NCBI GenBank assembly: GCA_900322095.1
Contig: ONYS01000004.1
Span: 4,417 to 68,416, forward strand
Direction of reading: 5' to 3'
From: an uncultured Prevotella sp.
Lineage (GTDB): Bacteria > Bacteroidota > Bacteroidia > Bacteroidales > Bacteroidaceae
Length of the DNA stretch: 64,000 bases
Shown: piece after piece, positions 58,639 to 64,000 of the stretch
Position numbering within the stretch: the stretch's first letter is position 1
How the letters are laid out: each line of letters begins with the position of its first letter
Notes under the pieces: generated by a model
What the model was told of the DNA's origin: nothing
The model's database searches: none
Seen by the model: only the letters and a program-made list of their open reading frames with translations
Translations under genes and position numbers: made by a program

Positions 58639-60282
58639 TTAAAGTCCGGGGAAACGGTTCATCTTATTGATAAACTCCATGAGTTTGTGGTCGTGCTTGT
58701 AAAGGACCTTGCTCGAGGGTGCATCGAAATACATCACAGCGCCACTCTTCAGCGTGTAGGGATCCCACTTCGGCAGCAGGTTGTTGTTGGGATTGCCTGT
58801 GCGGGCGAAGTTGATCCAAGCTTGACTCATGGCATCACCAAGTTTCAGGGCATCGGGCTGAGCGCCTGTCATGGAAGCAGATAGTCTGACATTGTTGAAG
58901 GCGAAAGGTATCTCAAAGCAATGGGCAGCATGGAAGCCACCATTAAAGACCGGAGACTGATAACCGAAGATGTAGTTGTAGACCGGAGCCTTGGCAGTGC
59001 GCACACGGGCATCCATACCCTCAACGGTGTAAGGACGGAAGATGACGTCGAGCAGGAGGGCATCACCGGCCTTGGCGTTGGGATAAGCCTGACGGAAGAG
59101 ACTGATGAACTTATCGGTATTCTTGCCGTAGGTCTTTGTGAGAGCAGACTTTGCCTCATCCCAAGTCATAGTCTTCAGTTTGGGATCATGGTTGAAGCCT
59201 GCAAACTCATTGACCGTTGTACCCACCATGACGGGGATATCGGAAGAGAGCTCTTGGCTCGCCTTGTCGATGGGGTTGGCAGGAAGCACATCACCATCGA
59301 CGACTGGAGCCTGACCAAAGATGAAGGGATGCAGACCTTGCTTGTGAGCCTCCTCACGGCAGATGCTGATGGCCTTCATGTTGGCTGCTTCTACTTGCTC
59401 GTAAGGCAGCGTCTTAATCTTGTCAACAGAGGAGGCGTCGAGACCAAGGAGTTCAACCGTCTTCTGACCGACCTTGCGAGCCCACTCCTGAGTCATCATC
59501 TCGTTAATCGTACCACTCTGGATGATGGCCTTGTGGAAGAGACCTTTGGCAGAGGGCATACTCATCAGCGTGCAGACCTTGCCACCGCCACCCGACTGAC
59601 CGAAGATGGTGACATTGCCCGGATCACCACCAAAGTTGGCGATGTTCTCATGAACCCACTTCAGGGCTGCCACGATATCGAGCATACCGAGGTTGCCGGA
59701 GTGCTTGTATTTCTCACCGAAAGCTGAGAGGTCGAGGAAGCCCAGGGCGTTGAGGCGATGGTTCAAAGTGATGACGACAACATCACCTTTCTCTGCAAGG
59801 TTGCGGCCGTCGTATCCGGGATGCTCCTGACCGCTGCCCTCTGCGAAGCCACCACCATGGAGCCACACCATGACGGGACGTTTCTTGCCGTCGCCAATGC
59901 CGGGCGTCCAGATGTTCAGGCGCTGGCAGTCCTCGCCCATAAATCCGTCGTTCCAACGGAAGACGAAGGCGCTCATATCATCACTCCAGCCTGTACGGGC
60001 GGGATGCGGAGCCACATAGCCGTAGCTGCGCGAGGAGCGCACGCCACTCCAAGACTTGGGAGCACGCGGCTCCTCATAGCGGCCTGCCTGGGCATAGGGA
60101 ATACCCTTGTAGGTATAGATTCCTTTCTCTATATAACCCGAGACCTTACCATAGGCTGTCTGGGCCGTCGTCTGGTCGGTGGCTGAGCTGATGGTATAGC
60201 CTGGTATCTCATTCTGGGCCGAGGCAGAGAAACTGCCGAGCAGCCCTAAAAACAGACAGATAAAAATTTTCTGATTTCTCAT
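58639..60282 (-). CDS. Secreted type-B carboxylesterase (paralog)
   Basis: YKGIPYA, EDC, WLHGGG, FGQSGGG, HCFEIP and WINFARTGNPN. Confidence 0.92.
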   Translation of the reverse strand: MRNQKIFICLFLGLLGSFSASAQNEIPGYTISSATDQTTAQTAYGKVSGYIEKGIYTYKGIPYAQAGRYEEPRAPKSWSGVRSSRSYGYVAPHPARTGWSDDMSAFVFRWNDGFMGEDCQRLNIWTPGIGDGKKRPVMVWLHGGGFAEGSGQEHPGYDGRNLAEKGDVVVITLNHRLNALGFLDLSAFGEKYKHSGNLGMLDIVAALKWVHENIANFGGDPGNVTIFGQSGGGGKVCTLMSMPSAKGLFHKAIIQSGTINEMMTQEWARKVGQKTVELLGLDASSVDKIKTLPYEQVEAANMKAISICREEAHKQGLHPFIFGQAPVVDGDVLPANPIDKASQELSSDIPVMVGTTVNEFAGFNHDPKLKTMTWDEAKSALTKTYGKNTDKFISLFRQAYPNAKAGDALLLDVIFRPYTVEGMDARVRTAKAPVYNYIFGYQSPVFNGGFHAAHCFEIPFAFNNVRLSASMTGAQPDALKLGDAMSQAWINFARTGNPNNNLLPKWDPYTLKSGAVMYFDAPSSKVLYKHDHKLMEFINKMNRFPGL

Positions 60283-60330
60283 GTTGTTGTTTGGCTTTAG
60301 TTGATAAGACTGGGGGGTGAGGAAAATCTT

Positions 60331-60369
60331 AAAGAAGAGAGCACCACATCATGCAGGATGCTCTCTCCT
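60331..60369 (-). terminator. Hairpin/terminator after the nucleoside hydrolase gene
   Basis: AGGAGAGAGCATC...GGTGCTCTCTTCTTT on the - strand. Confidence 0.55.
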
Positions 60370-60384
60370 CGTGATGTATCGAAA

Positions 60385-61416
60385 TTATTTCTGCTTACCC
60401 AGCAGCTGCATCTTAGCCTCGAAGTCACCGAACATCAGTCGGCTATCGATGCGGGTGTAGACGCGGATGAGACGGCCGTCGTGATTAAGACCATAGCTGC
60501 CATCGTCGTTGATGAGGGGAGCCTGTACATATTTATAATAGGAAGAGGCAGGATCCTGCTCGAAACCGGTCTGCAGAGCAGAGAGGAGCACCAGCGGAGA
60601 GTCGCCGAGGATGTAGGTCTCGCCCATAGCGATGCCATACTTCTCGCACATGTTGACTGTGTTCATGAGTGAGTCGTAGAGGTATTTGCCCACCTTGCCG
60701 TAAGGAGCGATCTTGACCTTGATCTCGTCGAGACCGTACTGGCACTGACGGTAGACATCGCGGGGAATCTGCCAGATGCGCATCTTGCTCTTGTTGAAGA
60801 CCACCTGTCCGGCAGCGATGCTGAGGTTGAGGTTGTATTCCACCTTGGAGTATCCGGGGGGAGGATAGCCGTTGATGCCCTCATACTCCTGTCCGCCTAT
60901 CCATACCACGATGACTTTGTCATCGATAGACGGATCAAGGAGATGAGCGCAAGCAACGTTGGTCAGGGCAGCTCCACAGAGCACGAAGAGGGGCTTCTCC
61001 TTCGTGCACTTTCTGGCCTCTTCTACAATGAGACGTGCACCCTCACTCTCGATAGGTGTCTCTGTAGAGGTCAGGGGAGTTTCAGCACCCGGAACGACCT
61101 TAATCTTTCCTTTCATTCCCATGAGGTCGAGAATGGCATTTGCCTTCTCGCAGGATTCTGTAGCCTGGTCTGTACGGTTGGTGAAACCGGCATTAGCCTT
61201 ACCCGTGAGGTGACCGCCCACGATACCACGGATGTCGCACGATGTGCAGAGCACTTGATGGACGAGCTGGAATAGTCCGTCGGGGTCACCACAGAAGTCA
61301 TTGTCGATAACGACCTTCACCTTGGACAACTTGGCGGGCTGAGCCTCGGTGGGCTGCGATGCGGCAACAGGAAGGATGCCACAAACGAGCAGCAATAAAG
61401 TCAATAACTTTTTCAT
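60385..61416 (-). CDS. Secreted IUNH-fold (nucleoside hydrolase-like) protein
   Basis: Signal peptide; VVIDNDFCGDPDG, LTNVA, VWIGG, EYNL and LGDSP motifs. Confidence 0.82.
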   Translation of the reverse strand: MKKLLTLLLLVCGILPVAASQPTEAQPAKLSKVKVVIDNDFCGDPDGLFQLVHQVLCTSCDIRGIVGGHLTGKANAGFTNRTDQATESCEKANAILDLMGMKGKIKVVPGAETPLTSTETPIESEGARLIVEEARKCTKEKPLFVLCGAALTNVACAHLLDPSIDDKVIVVWIGGQEYEGINGYPPPGYSKVEYNLNLSIAAGQVVFNKSKMRIWQIPRDVYRQCQYGLDEIKVKIAPYGKVGKYLYDSLMNTVNMCEKYGIAMGETYILGDSPLVLLSALQTGFEQDPASSYYKYVQAPLINDDGSYGLNHDGRLIRVYTRIDSRLMFGDFEAKMQLLGKQK

Positions 61417-61467
61417 TGGTTTATAATCTTTTGGTTTATTAAATCATTACTTTCAGGGAATAGGGAA

Positions 61468-62982
61468 TCACTTGACGGTGATGATGACTCTCTTATAGTG
61501 GGTCAGAGCGGGTGTACCATTGTCCGTAGCCTGCAGGATGGCGTGGAGTTGCTCGCCAGACTTGGCTGTGGCAGGGATGGTGACGGTAGTCGTGGCAGAC
61601 TTGGCATTGCCGAAGCTAAGAAGGTCCTTGGTGCCACCGACCTTGAACTGCATCCACTCAACGGCCACCTTATTGTTGTCGGGATCGCTGACCTTGCACT
61701 TCAGGGTGATGGTCTGGCCCGGAGCGGCAATCATCGTAGCGGGACCGTCGATGACGGGCTCGTGGTTGGCATCCTTATAGTTGGGAGTCACGCTCCAAGC
61801 CATACGTGCGGCAAAACCGTTCTGCACGGCAGGTGTGAAGTCGGGGAAGCCGATCTGCTCCTTTGTGTAGGAAGAAACCTTGCGGCTGTCCACGTCCTTG
61901 GGAATATCAAGACGGGCACCGGTCCAACCGCCCCATGTCTGGTTCTTCCAGGCGTCGAGACCGTTGTTGATCATATTAAGATAGCAGAAGGTGTCGCCCT
62001 CGGAGATGAAGGTTCCCTTAGGCTGCAGGGGCATCCAGAGCACATAGCCCTGTCTTTGCAATTCTTCCTTGCCCAGCTCGCAGACACCGAAGAAGTCGAA
62101 GCGATCGCCCTTCACCATCTGCTTGCCGTCACCCCATACGCGGTAGCGCTCACCAAAAGCGCCCTTCGAGCGGATGTTCTTCTGGGTCCACTCGGGAGAA
62201 TAGTAAACCTTGTCTTCCTCTGAGGCTGTAATCGGACCGAAGAAGGTGAGGTTGACCTGCATGCCACCGGTCTCAAGGGTTTTGATGCCCGGCCAGAAAG
62301 GATGAATGTAGTGGGTATAGGTATCGTCCTGGTCACCAGACATGCAGAGCACGGCCTTCTTCGACACGTGGTCCTTGATGGCCTGCCAGTTGGCCTGACC
62401 GGAATAAATATCTTCAATAGACTTCAATGCACGGGCAATCGTGCTGGCACCACCCCAAACCTGAAGGAAGAGGGTCGTCGTGTCGGGATCGAGAAGTTCC
62501 TGCTTGATGAGCTCTGAACCCGGAGTGTCTTTAGACATGTCGCTGTCAAAGGACACGTTGCCCTCGCGGATCTTAGAACGGAGGTAAGCGGGAGAGGGAT
62601 AGCCGTCATGATGCTTGATGAGGTTGGGATAGGCTTTCTCGTAGCAGTCGACGTCGGCATCGATGAAGCGCTCGTCGGGAGCATAGCGGTAGCTCGTCAT
62701 GGGTTTTGTGCCGGGGAGCTTGGAATACTCACGGCCCGGCATCCACCAGGTCGTACCCTTGCCGTCGCCCTTCCAGTGGAACTGGCTACTGGCATAGATG
62801 AGTCCACGAACATCGAAGTCGCTGCTGTAGAGCAGGAAGCGGATCATGGAGTTGTTGTCGTCAAGCTCGGGGTCGCAGGTGACGATGATATGCGGCTTTG
62901 CAGCTTTCTGCTGAGGGGCTGCGAAAGCTGTCGTAGCGCCGAGAAGAAGACCGGCTGAAAGGAGAATGTTTCTGAATAGCAT
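61468..62982 (-). CDS. Secreted DUF1593 (nucleoside hydrolase-like) protein with a C-terminal Ig-like domain
   Basis: IIVTCDPELDDNNSMIRFLLY, YPNL, TPGSELI, VWGG, SEGDT, GGW, ANHEP and DNGTPALTHYKRVII. Confidence 0.82.
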   Translation of the reverse strand: MLFRNILLSAGLLLGATTAFAAPQQKAAKPHIIVTCDPELDDNNSMIRFLLYSSDFDVRGLIYASSQFHWKGDGKGTTWWMPGREYSKLPGTKPMTSYRYAPDERFIDADVDCYEKAYPNLIKHHDGYPSPAYLRSKIREGNVSFDSDMSKDTPGSELIKQELLDPDTTTLFLQVWGGASTIARALKSIEDIYSGQANWQAIKDHVSKKAVLCMSGDQDDTYTHYIHPFWPGIKTLETGGMQVNLTFFGPITASEEDKVYYSPEWTQKNIRSKGAFGERYRVWGDGKQMVKGDRFDFFGVCELGKEELQRQGYVLWMPLQPKGTFISEGDTFCYLNMINNGLDAWKNQTWGGWTGARLDIPKDVDSRKVSSYTKEQIGFPDFTPAVQNGFAARMAWSVTPNYKDANHEPVIDGPATMIAAPGQTITLKCKVSDPDNNKVAVEWMQFKVGGTKDLLSFGNAKSATTTVTIPATAKSGEQLHAILQATDNGTPALTHYKRVIITVK

Positions 62983-63088
62983 GTTTGAAAAAGAATTAAA
63001 GGTTGTCCACCCGCAGAGGCGGAACTCATGTCCGCCTCATGCTTGGGGACTTAACCAATACGAAAAGTAAAAAAATCAGAGATGAATC

Positions 63089-64000
63089 TTATAAGTATTT
63101 GTCGATCTCACGATAGCGTACCTCTAGCTGAGGTGTCACCATCTGCTGAGTCTTCAGATCGATATGCATCACCGGCACTGCGGTCTTGCCATTGATGGTA
63201 TCCCACTGCGGTAGGCCGAGACCATTGGGGTTGCCGGTCTTGATGAAGTTGAGATAAATCTGCTGGAAGATCTCAGAGACCTGATAGTCGTTCTCATTCC
63301 ACTTGAACATGTGGTTGGTGGGGAGGTTGCCCATTGAGTACTCAATGTCGGAGGAATGTACAGCGCCTGGGTTGGGAGGCAGAACGGGAGCATCAGACTT
63401 CTTATCTGATGTGCCACCAGCGATACCCGGTTCCTTGTCTTCGGGAAGATTGTTGGCGGGACGAGGATGGCAGTAGAGATAACGATAGACAGGAGCCTTT
63501 GAAGTCTGACGCAAGGCATCCAGCCATTTCCATGTGGAGTAAGCCACGAAGAGGTCGCCACCCAGTTCATAACCGGGACGGTTGACGATGTCGGCATCGC
63601 TATGAATATTGTAGAGGTTGAGGATCTTGTCCACATCCTCAGTCTTGAATCTCTGCTTGATGAAGGGTTTAAGGTTCTCAAGCGTAGGAGCCTTGCCACC
63701 CATAAAGATCATCACGGGCACCTCGCAGTTGTTGTTGCCGACGAGAGCTGGCACCTGAGCATAGGTGCCCTTGCGGTAGGTCTCGCTCGGCTGTTCGGTG
63801 AAGAACTTGCCGTCGATGCAGAACAAGGGATAGCCGGTGGGCTTATAGAGTTCGTTGATCTTCTCTGCGGGCAGACTGCGCAGCTGGGCAAGAGTCTTGC
63901 ATCCGGCAGCCTTCATAAAGGCGTCGCCGGCCTTCTCGGCGTCTGCAAGCGTGTTCATGGGTGTGTTGCTGAGGATGCTCGCACTCGAGCCAATGAGCTG
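63089..64000 (-). CDS. Third type-B carboxylesterase, C-terminal part (5' end outside the window)
   Basis: Frame open to the window edge; GAVHSSDIEY, VYRYLY and NFIKTGNPNG motifs. Confidence 0.85.
   Translation of the reverse strand, partial: QLIGSSASILSNTPMNTLADAEKAGDAFMKAAGCKTLAQLRSLPAEKINELYKPTGYPLFCIDGKFFTEQPSETYRKGTYAQVPALVGNNNCEVPVMIFMGGKAPTLENLKPFIKQRFKTEDVDKILNLYNIHSDADIVNRPGYELGGDLFVAYSTWKWLDALRQTSKAPVYRYLYCHPRPANNLPEDKEPGIAGGTSDKKSDAPVLPPNPGAVHSSDIEYSMGNLPTNHMFKWNENDYQVSEIFQQIYLNFIKTGNPNGLGLPQWDTINGKTAVPVMHIDLKTQQMVTPQLEVRYREIDKYL

Overview
A 64-kb chromosomal window from a Bacteroidales bacterium, most likely Prevotella-like. This is inferred from gene content, TAnnTTTG -7 promoter boxes and mostly SD-less AT-rich leaders. 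Positions 1-44 kb hold mostly housekeeping genes: corA, pepD, rsmA, rsgA, frr, lysS-gpsA-pgi, a PhoR/PhoB-like pair, feoAB, ettA, an acyl-CoA dehydratase activase with TetR, a PiT transporter and metY. Accessory DNA is interspersed: an AAA-ATPase plus a decayed RloB/AbiLii-like gene, an HU-like remnant, nested palindromic repeats and four unrelated 22-bp-period arrays. Positions 45-64 kb are the downstream part of a co-oriented glycoside-utilisation cluster: 3 type-B carboxylesterases, 2 signal-peptide-bearing nucleoside-hydrolase-fold proteins, GH30, 2 GH3, a SusR-like regulator and a GH78 rhamnosidase. The most interesting unannotated signals are (i) an acidic 13-codon leader peptide with two mutually exclusive hairpins upstream of corA, a candidate Mg2+-sensing attenuator, (ii) two stand-alone micro-peptide transcription units sharing a minimal uORF and a full Shine-Dalgarno sequence, (iii) a shared 11-bp-periodic box linking the two-component system to the phosphate transporter, and (iv) the esterase/nucleoside-hydrolase-rich cluster. 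No rRNA, tRNA, CRISPR array or intact transposase was seen. All family calls come from motif recognition, not database searches.
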